Assembly (NCBI GenBank): GCA_002314595.1
Contig: DCGP01000017.1
Coordinates: 23,879-87,878, forward strand
From: Clostridiales bacterium UBA1775
GTDB lineage: Bacteria > Bacillota > Clostridia > Monoglobales > Firm-18
Direction of reading: 5' to 3'
Length of the DNA: 64,000 nucleotides
The position numbers and the translations under genes are program-made. The notes beneath the pieces were generated by a model that did no database searches, was not told the origin of the DNA, and saw only the letters and a program-made list of their open reading frames with translations. Of the stretch, positions 51,471-61,428 are shown one piece after another; positions within the stretch are counted from its first letter, which is position 1, and each line of letters starts with the position of its first letter.

Positions 51471-52859
51471 TTAATTTCTTCCTTTCAAAAGTTCCTGTAA
51501 TTTTGATGAAATCTCTTCAAACTTCATACCTCTTGAAGCTTTGAAAAGCACCACATCGTCATCTAAAATATAGTTACCTAAAAATTCTGCGGCAGAATTA
51601 TTATTTTCAAATTCATATACATTATTGTTACCGTTTTTTCTAACCTCATCTGCAATATATTTTGCATCATTGCCGACGGTAACGAGTGTGTTTATTTTGT
51701 GATTTATTGCATATTCCCCAACCTTGCGATGGTTTTCTTCTGCAAAGTTTCCCTGTTCTAAAATATCCCCTAAAACTGCAATTGTACGCCTTTTATTTGC
51801 CATTGCACTTAGCATACAAAGTGAAGAATCCATTGAAGATGTGCTTGCATTGTAGCAATCCTCAACCAGTGTTACCCTTCCAACTTTAATTTCCTTTTGC
51901 CTCATACCTGACGGAGCAAAATTCGAAACCCCTTTTATAATGTCTTTAACTTCCATTCCAAGCTCTATACCACAAGCTATTGCTGACAAAGCATTATAAA
52001 TGTGATGCTTGCCCACAACATTTATTTTAAATTCATATTCCTTATTTTTAATCTTTACCTTAAAGCTACTGCCATTGGCATCTGTTAAAATATCATATGC
52101 AACATAGTCTGCATCTGCTTTTTCTATGGCTACATAAACTATTTTGCAGTTTAGCTTATCCTTAACCGTAACAAGCATATCATCATCTGCGTTTGTAATT
52201 AAAGTGCCGTTAGGTTGCAGGCCCTCTAAAATTTCAAGCTTTGCCTTTAAAATATTTTCTCTGCTTCCCAAATTACCAATATGAGCTGTACCTATATTTG
52301 TTATAACAGCAATTTTAGGCTTGGCAATTTTAGTTAGTACGGATATTTCCCCAAGACTGCTCATACCCATTTCTATTATTGCCTTTTCTACTGTACTGTC
52401 AAGCTCAAATACAGTTAACGGAACACCGATTTCGTTATTAAAATTCCCCTTTGTGGCAAAGGTTTTAAAGCCACAACCAATTACAGAATTTAGCATATCC
52501 TTGGTACTTGTTTTGCCTACACTACCTGTAACGCCGATTACATCTAATCCTAATTTAACTCTATAATATTCTGCAATGTCCCTTAATGCCTTTTTGGTAT
52601 CATCTACAAAGATGGCAGCTTTACCGTTAGGAACTTCAAAGTCTTTTTCCGAAACTGCACAGGTTCCACCATTTTCCAAGAAGCTTTTTGCAAAATCATT
52701 TCCGTCAAATCTATCCCCTTTTATACCTACAAACAGAACTTGACCATCTGTTATTCGGCTGTCTGTTGTTATTTTATTTATTATTTTATCATCGCCCACT
52801 AAATTACCACCGATGAAATCCGATATTGATTTTAGGGATAAATTATCCAAAATATTCAC
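51471..52859 (-). CDS. murF: UDP-MurNAc-tripeptide--D-Ala-D-Ala ligase
   Basis: GVTGSVGKTSTK P-loop, Mur ligase central and C-terminal domains, and its position after murE. Confidence 0.9.
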   Translation of the reverse strand: MNILDNLSLKSISDFIGGNLVGDDKIINKITTDSRITDGQVLFVGIKGDRFDGNDFAKSFLENGGTCAVSEKDFEVPNGKAAIFVDDTKKALRDIAEYYRVKLGLDVIGVTGSVGKTSTKDMLNSVIGCGFKTFATKGNFNNEIGVPLTVFELDSTVEKAIIEMGMSSLGEISVLTKIAKPKIAVITNIGTAHIGNLGSRENILKAKLEILEGLQPNGTLITNADDDMLVTVKDKLNCKIVYVAIEKADADYVAYDILTDANGSSFKVKIKNKEYEFKINVVGKHHIYNALSAIACGIELGMEVKDIIKGVSNFAPSGMRQKEIKVGRVTLVEDCYNASTSSMDSSLCMLSAMANKRRTIAVLGDILEQGNFAEENHRKVGEYAINHKINTLVTVGNDAKYIADEVRKNGNNNVYEFENNNSAAEFLGNYILDDDVVLFKASRGMKFEEISSKLQELLKGRN

Positions 52860-52863
52860 CTAC

Positions 52864-54270
52864 TTACAGCTTATTTAAAACGTCCTTAATTACTTCTCTC
52901 TCATCAAAATGAATTGTCTTGTCCTTTAAAATTTGATAGTCCTCGTGTCCCTTTCCTGCAAAGACAATTACATCGTCTGTTTTTGCGTGTTTTATAGCAT
53001 ATTCTATGGCATCTCGCCTATTTTCAATTACCACATATTCTGCCATTGCATCGTCCATACCATCTAAAATATCTCTTATAATTTCTGACGGTTCTTCGCT
53101 ACGTGGATTGTCGGACGTTACTATGCACAAATCTGCAAGTTTACCTGCAATTTTACCCATTTTTGGTCGCTTTGTCTTGTCCCTGTCTCCTCCACAACCA
53201 AACACTGCAACCACTCTGCCCTTTGCAAAGCCTCTAACGCTTTTTAGTATGTTTTCAAGTCCGTCAGGAGTGTGTGCATAATCAATCAACAAGGTGTAAT
53301 CTTTATCACAGTCTACAACCTCTGCTCTGCCTTTTACCCCTTTTGCCTTGCCAAGAGCCGATGCAATAACATCATTAGAAATACCACATTGCTTACAAAT
53401 TGAAATGGCAGTAAGAGCATTGTAAACAGAAAATTCACCGGGTATAGCAAGATTTATTTTCATATTATCACAGTCAAACCTTACACCATTTGACAAATAC
53501 TCAATATTTTCTGCCTTTAATTTACCATCATTGATACCAAAGGTTAAAACATCGCACTTTGCATTTTCTAATATTTTAAACCCGTATTCATCGTCAACGT
53601 TAATTACGCCCTTTTTGCAAACATCAAACAACTTTGACTTTGCCTTCATATAATTTTCCATTGTACCATGGAAATCTAAATGGTCCTGGGTTAAATTTGT
53701 AAAAGCCCCTACCTGATAGTTGCAACCATCTACTCTATGCAAGCATAAGGAATGAGATGAAACCTCCATAATTGCATAAGTGCAGTTTGCCTTTACCATT
53801 TCGCTAAATAATTCCATTAGCTCCAAGGATTCCGGAGTTGTTCTTTCTGTATGGAACTCCTCATTGCCTATCATATTTTTATTTGTACCGATTAGCCCAA
53901 CTTTTTCACCATTTTCCTCTAAAATGCTCTTTACAAGATATGTAACAGTTGTTTTGCCATTTGTGCCTGTTACGCCAATTAGTTTTAGCTTGCTTGTTGG
54001 GTCATTATAATAATTTTTAGCCATTTGAGCTAATGCTTTACGGCTGTTATCCACTATGATACAAGGAATTTTAACACCTTCAATTTGGTGCTCACACACT
54101 ATACAAGATGCCCCTAATTCTTCTGCTTTTTTACCATAAATATGCCCATCTGTTGCAAAGCCTGTTATTGCAACAAACACATTTCCTTCCTTTACAAGTC
54201 GGGAATCATAAGCTATCCCTGTAACATCTATATCTAAATTTGTATTGCATAAAATGTCATTTAGTTTCAT
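52864..54270 (-). CDS. murE: UDP-MurNAc-L-Ala-D-Glu--2,6-diaminopimelate ligase
   Basis: GVTGTNGKTT P-loop. The DNPR motif (SDNPRSE) is associated with meso-DAP specificity. Confidence 0.9.
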   Translation of the reverse strand: MKLNDILCNTNLDIDVTGIAYDSRLVKEGNVFVAITGFATDGHIYGKKAEELGASCIVCEHQIEGVKIPCIIVDNSRKALAQMAKNYYNDPTSKLKLIGVTGTNGKTTVTYLVKSILEENGEKVGLIGTNKNMIGNEEFHTERTTPESLELMELFSEMVKANCTYAIMEVSSHSLCLHRVDGCNYQVGAFTNLTQDHLDFHGTMENYMKAKSKLFDVCKKGVINVDDEYGFKILENAKCDVLTFGINDGKLKAENIEYLSNGVRFDCDNMKINLAIPGEFSVYNALTAISICKQCGISNDVIASALGKAKGVKGRAEVVDCDKDYTLLIDYAHTPDGLENILKSVRGFAKGRVVAVFGCGGDRDKTKRPKMGKIAGKLADLCIVTSDNPRSEEPSEIIRDILDGMDDAMAEYVVIENRRDAIEYAIKHAKTDDVIVFAGKGHEDYQILKDKTIHFDEREVIKDVLNKL

Positions 54271-54291
54271 ATTCCCATCCCTTCGCCTTGA

Positions 54292-56499
54292 CTATTCTCC
54301 TGCCTCTACACGCCTAAATTCAACTGTTATAGTCGTGCCTATTTCAATTACGGACCCTGCTGGTACTGATTGTTGGTATGACAGCACTGCTTCGTTTGAA
54401 ACTGTTGAGCCTGCACCTTGAATTTTTAGGTTCAGCCTTGCATTTGACACTGCCGTTGCAACATCGTTAACTGTCATATTTAACAAATTAGGCACGGTTG
54501 TTGTGGTTGTTTTCATTGTTTCCTCTGTATACGCCATTACTGTTGAGCCTCGATTTACCTTAACTCCTGCCTTTGGCAACTGATTAAGTACCTTTTCCCC
54601 TGCACCCTCAATTGAAGGATTTAGATTTGCCCTTGCAAGTGCGTCCTTGGCGTTTTGAGTAGGCATACCAATTACGTTCGGAACTGTTGTTTCCATCGTT
54701 GCAAGCTCTTCTGCCGTGTACGAGGGCTCTACCTTTAAGTAATTTAGAACCTCTTCCATAATATTTCTTGCAATAGGTGTTGCAATTACACCACCAAAAT
54801 GAGAGTCGCCGTTTGGTTCGTCAAGCATTACCAAGCAGATAACCTCAGGGTCATCACAAGGTGCCATACATACAAATGACGCAACATACTTACCGTTACC
54901 ACGAGGTATTTTTTCCGATGTACCTGTTTTACCTCCTACACGGAAGCCTTTGATATATGCTCCGGAGCCTGAACCCTCCGATACAACAGATTCTAAAACT
55001 TCTTTAATTTTTTTACTTGTTGACTCGGAAACTATTTGTCTAACGTTTTCTGCACCAAATTCCTTTACAACATTACCCTTTTGGTCTTCAAGACGTTTGA
55101 TAATATGTGGCTTAATCATCATACCATTGTTTGCAATAGCGTTAACAGCTGTAACCATTTGGATAGGCGTTATTGTAAAGCCCTGACCAAATGATGATGT
55201 TGCAAGCTCAACTTCATTAAAATTCTCGTACGCAGGAATAAGGCCAATTGTTTCGCCCGGCAAATCAATACCTGTCTTTTCACGGAAGCCTAAGCCTGAC
55301 ATATATGTATAAAATTTTTCTCTGCCAACCCTTGCTCCAATTTCAATAAATGCCGGATTACAAGAATTTTGAACTGCCTTTTTAAAGTTTTGTTGACCAT
55401 GTCCTCCTGCTTTCCAACAGTGAATATCATAATTTTCTACATGCTTTGAACCACCACAGTAAAACGTATCATTATCAGACACTACATTTTCTTCTACTGC
55501 CATTGATGCTGTAAAAATTTTAAAGGTTGAGCCGGGTTCGTATGAATCAACAACTGCCTTGTTTCTCCAAAGCTTTTGTAATGCGTCAGAGTATTTTTGA
55601 TTACGTTCCTTTCCCTCAGGATACGCCTTTACTGCTTCTAACGTTTCCGGGTCTGTGATAGTAAACGGGTCATTTAAGTTAAAGTCAGGCTTTGTTGTCA
55701 TTGCCAAGATACCACCTGATTTAACGTCCATAATTATACAGCATACACCGTTATTGATTTTATTATCAATTAACGCCTGTTCCAAGTACTTTTCTGCAAT
55801 ACGTTGTATATTTTCATCAATTGTAAGGACTACATTAAGACCGTCTTCCGGGTCAATAAGTTTTTCATAGTCAAATGGCATATCACCACCGGCTGCGTCC
55901 TTGGCACTAACAAGCCTACCTGATGAGCCTTTTAAATATTTATCATATTGCAGCTCCACACCTGCAAGACCTTGTTTATCCGTTCCGGTAAAGCCTATTA
56001 CATGGGCTGCCAAATTATCAAATGGGTAGTATCTTTTTGTATCGGAAACTAATGTAAATCCTGAAATTTTCTTATCACTTAAAAACTTCCTTACATTATC
56101 AGCAACTTTTTTGTCAACCTTTTTCTTAACAACTACATATGCTGTATCTTGGTCTAATTTTTTATAAATATCATCATATTTTTCATCTATAATTGGAGAT
56201 AATCCTTGTGCAATTTCCGAAATAGACATATGGTTCTTCTTTACATCTCTTGGCGAAGCTGTTATTGTTTCAACCGATATTGATGCAGCAAGTACATTGC
56301 CGTTTCTGTCAAGTATTGAACCCCTTTTTGAGTTAATTGTTTTATCTCTTGTCTGTTGTTGAACTGCAGCCTCTGAAAGCTCAGCTCCTTTAATAATCTG
56401 CCAATATCCTACACGAAGTATTAAAGCTATGAAAAATATTGCAAATAATATTATTATAACAGTTATTTTTTTCTTCATATTTAAAGTTGTGCGTTCCAT
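54292..56499 (-). CDS. Class B penicillin-binding protein (FtsI/SpoVD/PBP2B type) with two C-terminal PASTA domains
   Basis: N-terminal TM, STFK active site, SCN, KTGT, and two VPN...-type PASTA repeats at the C-terminus. GGGGGTG SD 5 nt before the ATG. Confidence 0.9.
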   Translation of the reverse strand: MERTTLNMKKKITVIIILFAIFFIALILRVGYWQIIKGAELSEAAVQQQTRDKTINSKRGSILDRNGNVLAASISVETITASPRDVKKNHMSISEIAQGLSPIIDEKYDDIYKKLDQDTAYVVVKKKVDKKVADNVRKFLSDKKISGFTLVSDTKRYYPFDNLAAHVIGFTGTDKQGLAGVELQYDKYLKGSSGRLVSAKDAAGGDMPFDYEKLIDPEDGLNVVLTIDENIQRIAEKYLEQALIDNKINNGVCCIIMDVKSGGILAMTTKPDFNLNDPFTITDPETLEAVKAYPEGKERNQKYSDALQKLWRNKAVVDSYEPGSTFKIFTASMAVEENVVSDNDTFYCGGSKHVENYDIHCWKAGGHGQQNFKKAVQNSCNPAFIEIGARVGREKFYTYMSGLGFREKTGIDLPGETIGLIPAYENFNEVELATSSFGQGFTITPIQMVTAVNAIANNGMMIKPHIIKRLEDQKGNVVKEFGAENVRQIVSESTSKKIKEVLESVVSEGSGSGAYIKGFRVGGKTGTSEKIPRGNGKYVASFVCMAPCDDPEVICLVMLDEPNGDSHFGGVIATPIARNIMEEVLNYLKVEPSYTAEELATMETTVPNVIGMPTQNAKDALARANLNPSIEGAGEKVLNQLPKAGVKVNRGSTVMAYTEETMKTTTTTVPNLLNMTVNDVATAVSNARLNLKIQGAGSTVSNEAVLSYQQSVPAGSVIEIGTTITVEFRRVEAGE

Positions 56500-56593
56500 T
56501 ACTGCACCCCCTATACAATAAAATCTATATATTTTATGCCTTTAAAGATGACTATAAGAGGAGCCATACGACTCCTCTTATTCTATTTATGTT

Positions 56594-57052
56594 TTATTTA
56601 AAATATTCCAAAATACCCGCAAAAAAGCCCTTGATTCCCCCTGATGAAGAACCACTGTTTGATACATTTTTCATAACATTCTGATTTTGTGGTGTTAGGT
56701 AAACAACTTGTGCTGAGGTTGTCTTTTTTAGACCTAATGTATTTTCTGCGTATGCTGATATTTTGCTTTTATCAGTCATACTTTCTATATCAAGCTTTGC
56801 TTGTTCATTTTTAGCAACAATTTCGTTTAACATTGCTGTCTTTTCGTTGATAGTATTATGAAGGTCGTAAATATGCACACTTCTAAGCACAATAACAGCA
56901 ACTATCGCAAATGTAATTGCCAAAACCTTGGTAAGCTTTTTCTTGAACCTTTTGACTTTAATTTGTCTTTTACGTTCAAGCTCTGCCTTTTTATCAACCT
57001 TGGTTTCAATATATCTATCAAGCTGATAAGCACTGCTATTTTGCACGTACAT
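56594..57052 (-). CDS. ftsL: FtsL-like cell division protein (single-TM plus coiled coil)
   Basis: Position between rsmH and the PBP gene. Basic N-terminus, one TM (VLAITFAIVAVIVL) and a coiled-coil segment. The call rests mainly on synteny. Confidence 0.6.
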   Translation of the reverse strand: MYVQNSSAYQLDRYIETKVDKKAELERKRQIKVKRFKKKLTKVLAITFAIVAVIVLRSVHIYDLHNTINEKTAMLNEIVAKNEQAKLDIESMTDKSKISAYAENTLGLKKTTSAQVVYLTPQNQNVMKNVSNSGSSSGGIKGFFAGILEYFK

Positions 57053-57068
57053 ATTGGTCTTCCTTTCT

Positions 57069-57992
57069 TTATATTTTTTCTGCTACCCTAAGCTTAGCAC
57101 TTGCTGAGCGTGAATTATACACAAGCTCTTCCTTAGATGGAAGTATTGGTTTTTTTGAAATAATTTTTACTTTTGGCTTGTTGTTACAAACACAAACCGG
57201 AAATTCCTTTGGGCAAATACAACCTTTTGCAAGGTCTGCAAATGCTGTTTTAATAATTCTGTCTTCAAGTGAATGAAACGTAATTACTGCAATTCGTCCA
57301 CCGGGATTTAAAACCTCTGAAATATCCTTTATTGTTTGAGCTAATTTTGAAAGTTCATCATTAACAGCAATTCTAATTCCTTGAAAAACTCTTTTTTCAG
57401 GGTTTTTTTCGTTTTTTCTTGTCTTAAAGGGTATGCATTCCTTAACGATTTCGGCAAGCTCAAATGTGGTTTTTATTGGGCTTTCTTGCCTTTTTTCTAT
57501 AATTCTTCGAACAATTGGTTTTGTAAACTTTTCCTCACCATATTCAAATAATATCTTTTCTAATTGTTCCTTAGAATAATTATTAACAACATCATATGCG
57601 CTGATTGGGTCGTTAACATTCATTCTCATATCAAGAGGTGCGTCGTATCTGTAACTAAATCCTCTTTCCGGAGTATCAAGCTGATGAGAAGAAACCCCTA
57701 AATCCAACAACACTCCATCAATTTTTTCTATATTTTTATCAATTAGTATCTGTTTAATATTATTAAAATTGTCATTAACAAATGTTACGTCATAGCCTGA
57801 CAAACGTTCCTTGGCAGTGTTTATTGCCGTCATATCTCGGTCTATGCCAATAAGCCTTCCGTCATTTTTGACAATATATGAAGAATGCCCTGCGCCACCC
57901 AATGTGCCGTCAACATATATTCCGCCTTTTTTAATATTAAGAGCATCTATACATTCGTTAAGCATTACCGGGATATGGGAAAATTCTGTCAT
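57069..57992 (-). CDS. rsmH: 16S rRNA (cytosine1402-N4)-methyltransferase
   Basis: HIPVML, DGTLGGAGHS, DLGVSSHQLD and ITFHSLEDR motifs. Confidence 0.95.
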   Translation of the reverse strand: MTEFSHIPVMLNECIDALNIKKGGIYVDGTLGGAGHSSYIVKNDGRLIGIDRDMTAINTAKERLSGYDVTFVNDNFNNIKQILIDKNIEKIDGVLLDLGVSSHQLDTPERGFSYRYDAPLDMRMNVNDPISAYDVVNNYSKEQLEKILFEYGEEKFTKPIVRRIIEKRQESPIKTTFELAEIVKECIPFKTRKNEKNPEKRVFQGIRIAVNDELSKLAQTIKDISEVLNPGGRIAVITFHSLEDRIIKTAFADLAKGCICPKEFPVCVCNNKPKVKIISKKPILPSKEELVYNSRSASAKLRVAEKI

Positions 57993-58414
57993 ATTCCAAG
58001 CTCCTCCATTTGAAGTGCAACATCTTCGGCATCTTCAATAAAGTCTGCATTTTGTTTGCTCCACTCTTCCTTGCTCCATAGTTCGGCACGTTTTGAAAGG
58101 CCAACAAACACAACGTCCTTTAATAATTCAGAATAATCTCTCAAAGCCTGTGGGACTAAAATACGTCCTTGCTTATCGATTTCACATTCTGTCATACCAC
58201 CATAGAAAAATCTTTGAATCTTTCTACCCTTTGAAAGTGATAATTCCGAAAGTTCCTTTTCAAGCTTATCCCATTCTGCTTTCGGAAACACAAATAAGCA
58301 CTTGTCAAGGCCCTTTGTGATAACTATTGTATCCCCAAGCTCATCACGAAATTTAGCAGGTACGATTACTCTGCCTTTTGAATCAATATTATGTTGAAAT
58401 TCTCCTGCTAACAT
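57989..58414 (-). CDS. mraZ: Transcriptional regulator MraZ
   Basis: Duplicated SpoVT/AbrB-like halves with D.KGR motifs (IDSKGRVIVP, IDKQGRILVP). Start at ATG 58414 after AAGAGGGTG. Confidence 0.95.
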   Translation of the reverse strand: MLAGEFQHNIDSKGRVIVPAKFRDELGDTIVITKGLDKCLFVFPKAEWDKLEKELSELSLSKGRKIQRFFYGGMTECEIDKQGRILVPQALRDYSELLKDVVFVGLSKRAELWSKEEWSKQNADFIEDAEDVALQMEELGI

Positions 58415-58446
58415 TCCGTCACCCTCTTTCTGTTTTGGGAATTGTA

Positions 58447-58472
58447 ACCACAATTTACCACCTTTTTACCAC
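58447..58472 (-). promoter_or_regulatory. Three direct GTGGT repeats (candidate MraZ operator)
   Basis: On the minus strand: GTGGT-aaaaag-GTGGT-aaatt-GTGGT, periodicity 11 and 10 nt, immediately downstream of the -10 element. Confidence 0.5.
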
Positions 58473-58480
58473 TTTATTAT

Positions 58481-58509
58481 ATTATATAGCAAATTTACAT
58501 AAAAATCAA
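58481..58509 (-). promoter_or_regulatory. Putative dcw (Pmra) promoter
   Basis: On the minus strand: TTGATT - 17 nt - TATAAT. Confidence 0.5.
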
Positions 58510-58532
58510 GGGGTTTTTAACAATTTTATTAC

Positions 58533-58570
58533 AAAAAAATGACCATACACAATATATTGTGTATGGTCAT
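58533..58570 (-). terminator. Intrinsic terminator of the upstream membrane-protein gene
   Basis: 15-bp perfect hairpin ATGACCATACACAAT-at-ATTGTGTATGGTCAT, followed on the minus strand by TTTTTTT. Confidence 0.7.
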
Positions 58571-58613
58571 TGCCATTATACTATATCTTGAAAAAATTGT
58601 TATAAAATCGTAA

Positions 58614-59456
58614 TTATTCTTCTGTTTTTTCTTCTTTCGGTTCTTCTACAACTTCTTCAATATTTTCTTCGATAACTTCATTATTTTCTTCTTCTAAAAT
58701 CTTTTCAATTTCTTCGTTTGAAATGGTTTCTTCTGCCTTTGGTTCTTCTACAACATCACCGTTAGCTTTGCCTTGCTTTTTCTTAACTACAAGGATTACA
58801 ACGATTAAAATAATAACAATTAGAAGCATAATTGCAATTAGTGTGTTAATCCAGTTGATTTTAAATGTTGTAAACATAAATGAATTATTTTCGCCGGCTT
58901 TAACTTCTTTAATAACACCATCTTTGTTTGCAACTGCTTGTGTGCATGAGCATGGTCTTGAACCTAAATCAAATACATAAGTTTGCAATACCTTACCTGG
59001 TGTTGTTTCCCCTGAATTTTTTGATGGGTCTCCAATTGGATAAACATAAGTTGTTTTTGTACCAAATAAGCCCTTTTCTTCAAATGTTGCTAAACCAACA
59101 TCGATTAGCCCGTCCTTTGTAAGTGGAAGTTCCTGAACAATAAGAGCTTTTTTGCCCATATATTCGCCGTCTTTAACATCGCTGCTACCGTATTGAGCAT
59201 ACATATTTTTGTAGTAACTAATTACTGCATCATTACCTGTCATATAAACAGTTGCCTTTAATGACTCAGGGTCTTTAAAATCAAATACGATGTAGTGCAT
59301 TAAAGTTTCTTGGTCTTTTTCTGATGGTTCTGCAACTGCAGGTGTTTCCTCTGCAACAGCAGGTTCTTCTGTTGGTTCATCTGCTAATGCAGTAAAACCT
59401 GCTACAACTGAGAAAATCATAACTGTTGCCATTAACATTGCTAATAATTTCTTCAT
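58614..59456 (-). CDS. Type-I membrane protein with acidic cytoplasmic tail (hypothetical)
   Basis: Signal peptide MKKLLAMLMATVMIFSVVAGFTALA, a ~180-aa ectodomain, a TM helix (LIAIMLLIVIILIVVILVV) and a Glu-rich C-terminus. Confidence 0.6.
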   Translation of the reverse strand: MKKLLAMLMATVMIFSVVAGFTALADEPTEEPAVAEETPAVAEPSEKDQETLMHYIVFDFKDPESLKATVYMTGNDAVISYYKNMYAQYGSSDVKDGEYMGKKALIVQELPLTKDGLIDVGLATFEEKGLFGTKTTYVYPIGDPSKNSGETTPGKVLQTYVFDLGSRPCSCTQAVANKDGVIKEVKAGENNSFMFTTFKINWINTLIAIMLLIVIILIVVILVVKKKQGKANGDVVEEPKAEETISNEEIEKILEEENNEVIEENIEEVVEEPKEEKTEE

Positions 59457-59519
59457 TTTTATCTCTCCTATATAAATATATTTTTAACACTAAAATTCAT
59501 TATACAACTAATAAACCTA

Positions 59520-60752
59520 TTAGTCAACAATTTTTTCTTTTCTTATCATACTATTTTCATCAACCTTACATGGTAATTTGATTTTAACCAACATTTTGCC
59601 ATGTGGTGCGCAATCTATTTCCCTATCTCTTTCGTCCTTCATATTGTCAATTTTATAGGACAATGTTTTGCCAAATGGTTGCATTATTTCAACGGTTTCG
59701 CCTACTGAAAATTTGTTTTTTTGCAAAATGATAGCATTTCCGTCATCATCACATTCCTTGACAACGCCTACCACCTCGTAGTCCCTAATATATGCACTGC
59801 TGTTATAAATTTGACCGTCATTTGTAGGTGCTCCGTGCCAAAATCCGTATGAATAAACTCTGTGGCTGACCTTGCCAAGCTCTTCAAGCTGGCTTTTGTC
59901 AAACACATATTTATCAGGATTTTCAAAGTATCTGTCAAGCTCTTGCCTGTATGCCTTAACTGTATTTGCCACATAGTATTCACTTTTTACCCTACCCTCA
60001 ATTTTCAAACTTGACACACCTGCATCAACAATTTCAGGTAAAAATTCAATTAAGCACAAGTCCTTTGAATTAAAAAAGTAACTGCCACTGTCATTTTCAA
60101 ACACCGGCATATATTCACCAGGTCGCTTTTCTTCCATTAAGTAGTATTTCCATCTGCAAGGCTGAGCACAAGCACCTCTGTTTGCCTCCCTGCCTGTCAT
60201 AAAGCTACTTAAAAGGCATCTGCCTGAATATGAGACACACATTGCACCGTGAACAAACAGTTCAAGTTCAAGGTCTTTATCTGTTTTTTCTCTAACTTTT
60301 TTTACCTCATCGTATGTCATTTCACGAGAAAGCACAACCCTTGAAGCACCAAGCTTGTGCCACATATTTGCGCTTGCATAATTATTTGTGTTTGCCTGAG
60401 TGCTAATATGAATATCAAGATTTGGAACATTACGCTTAATTACGTCAAATGCCCCAATATCAGATACAATTACTGCATCTGCACCATAATTGTAGATTTT
60501 ATTTGCAAAATCGGCAATAATATCTATATTTTCATTTTTCATAATTACATTTGCTGCAATATATATCTTTCTGCCGTTTTCCTTAGCAAAATCTATGCCT
60601 TTTTTTAGCTGGTCATCACTAAAATTATCACAAGCCACCCTCATAGAAAATTCCTCTCCACCAAGGTATACTGCATCTGCACCATATTGAATTGCCGCAA
60701 CTAATTTGTCATAATCTCCCGCAGGAGCAAGTATTTCCGGCTTTGTGTTCAA
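59520..60752 (-). CDS. Peptidase U32 family protein (YrrO/TrhP-like)
   Basis: U32 signature region E.F.HGA.C.SYSGRC..S plus synteny with mltG and the yrrM-type methyltransferase. Confidence 0.85.
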   Translation of the reverse strand: MNTKPEILAPAGDYDKLVAAIQYGADAVYLGGEEFSMRVACDNFSDDQLKKGIDFAKENGRKIYIAANVIMKNENIDIIADFANKIYNYGADAVIVSDIGAFDVIKRNVPNLDIHISTQANTNNYASANMWHKLGASRVVLSREMTYDEVKKVREKTDKDLELELFVHGAMCVSYSGRCLLSSFMTGREANRGACAQPCRWKYYLMEEKRPGEYMPVFENDSGSYFFNSKDLCLIEFLPEIVDAGVSSLKIEGRVKSEYYVANTVKAYRQELDRYFENPDKYVFDKSQLEELGKVSHRVYSYGFWHGAPTNDGQIYNSSAYIRDYEVVGVVKECDDDGNAIILQKNKFSVGETVEIMQPFGKTLSYKIDNMKDERDREIDCAPHGKMLVKIKLPCKVDENSMIRKEKIVD

Positions 60753-60765
60753 ATTATCGTCCCCT

Positions 60766-61419
60766 TTATTTTAGTCTGTAACTAATGGTTGCACCATCGC
60801 CGATTGGCACTATAACCGTGTTAAGCTCGTCCATATTGCAAATAGTATCTAAATACTTACGTAAACGCCTAATGATAGTTATTTTTCTGCGTTTGTAAAG
60901 CTCATCTGTTGCAACCATACCCTTATATAGAATGTTGTCGGAAAACAGTATTCCCCCAACCTTTAACATTCTCATACAATGTGGTAAAAATTCAGAATAC
61001 TGCCCTTTTGCAGCATCTACAAATATAAAGTCAAAGGTATCATCTACGCCCTCTAAAATTTCAAGTGCATCACCTTTTAAAAGCTTGATTTTATCACCAT
61101 AGCCGGACTTTGAAATATTGCTTTCCAGCACATCAAATATTTCTTCGTTACGCTCTATGGTTGTAACCTCTGCCCCTGCCCCTGCCATAATAATTGATGA
61201 ATAGCCAATGGCAGAGCCAATTTCCAGCACTTTTTTAGCCCCTGACATAAGTATGATATTCTCAATCAATTTTGCAGTTTCAGGCTGTGCGATAGGAACT
61301 TCATTTTCCTTAGCATAGGCTTCCATTTCTGCAAGCAGGCCTGTGCTTTTCTTCATAGTACGCCTTATGTACCTTGAAATATATTCATAATTGATATTAT
61401 ATTCTTCGTTATTTTCCAT
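60766..61419 (-). CDS. trmR: Class I SAM-dependent O-methyltransferase (YrrM/TrmR-like)
   Basis: O-MTase family 3 motifs (VLEIGSAIGYS, FIFVDAAK). The position between mltG and the U32 gene matches B. subtilis yrrL-yrrM-yrrN-yrrO. The symbol is assigned by synteny only. Confidence 0.7.
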   Translation of the reverse strand: MENNEEYNINYEYISRYIRRTMKKSTGLLAEMEAYAKENEVPIAQPETAKLIENIILMSGAKKVLEIGSAIGYSSIIMAGAGAEVTTIERNEEIFDVLESNISKSGYGDKIKLLKGDALEILEGVDDTFDFIFVDAAKGQYSEFLPHCMRMLKVGGILFSDNILYKGMVATDELYKRRKITIIRRLRKYLDTICNMDELNTVIVPIGDGATISYRLK

Positions 61420-61428
61420 AGTTTTCCT

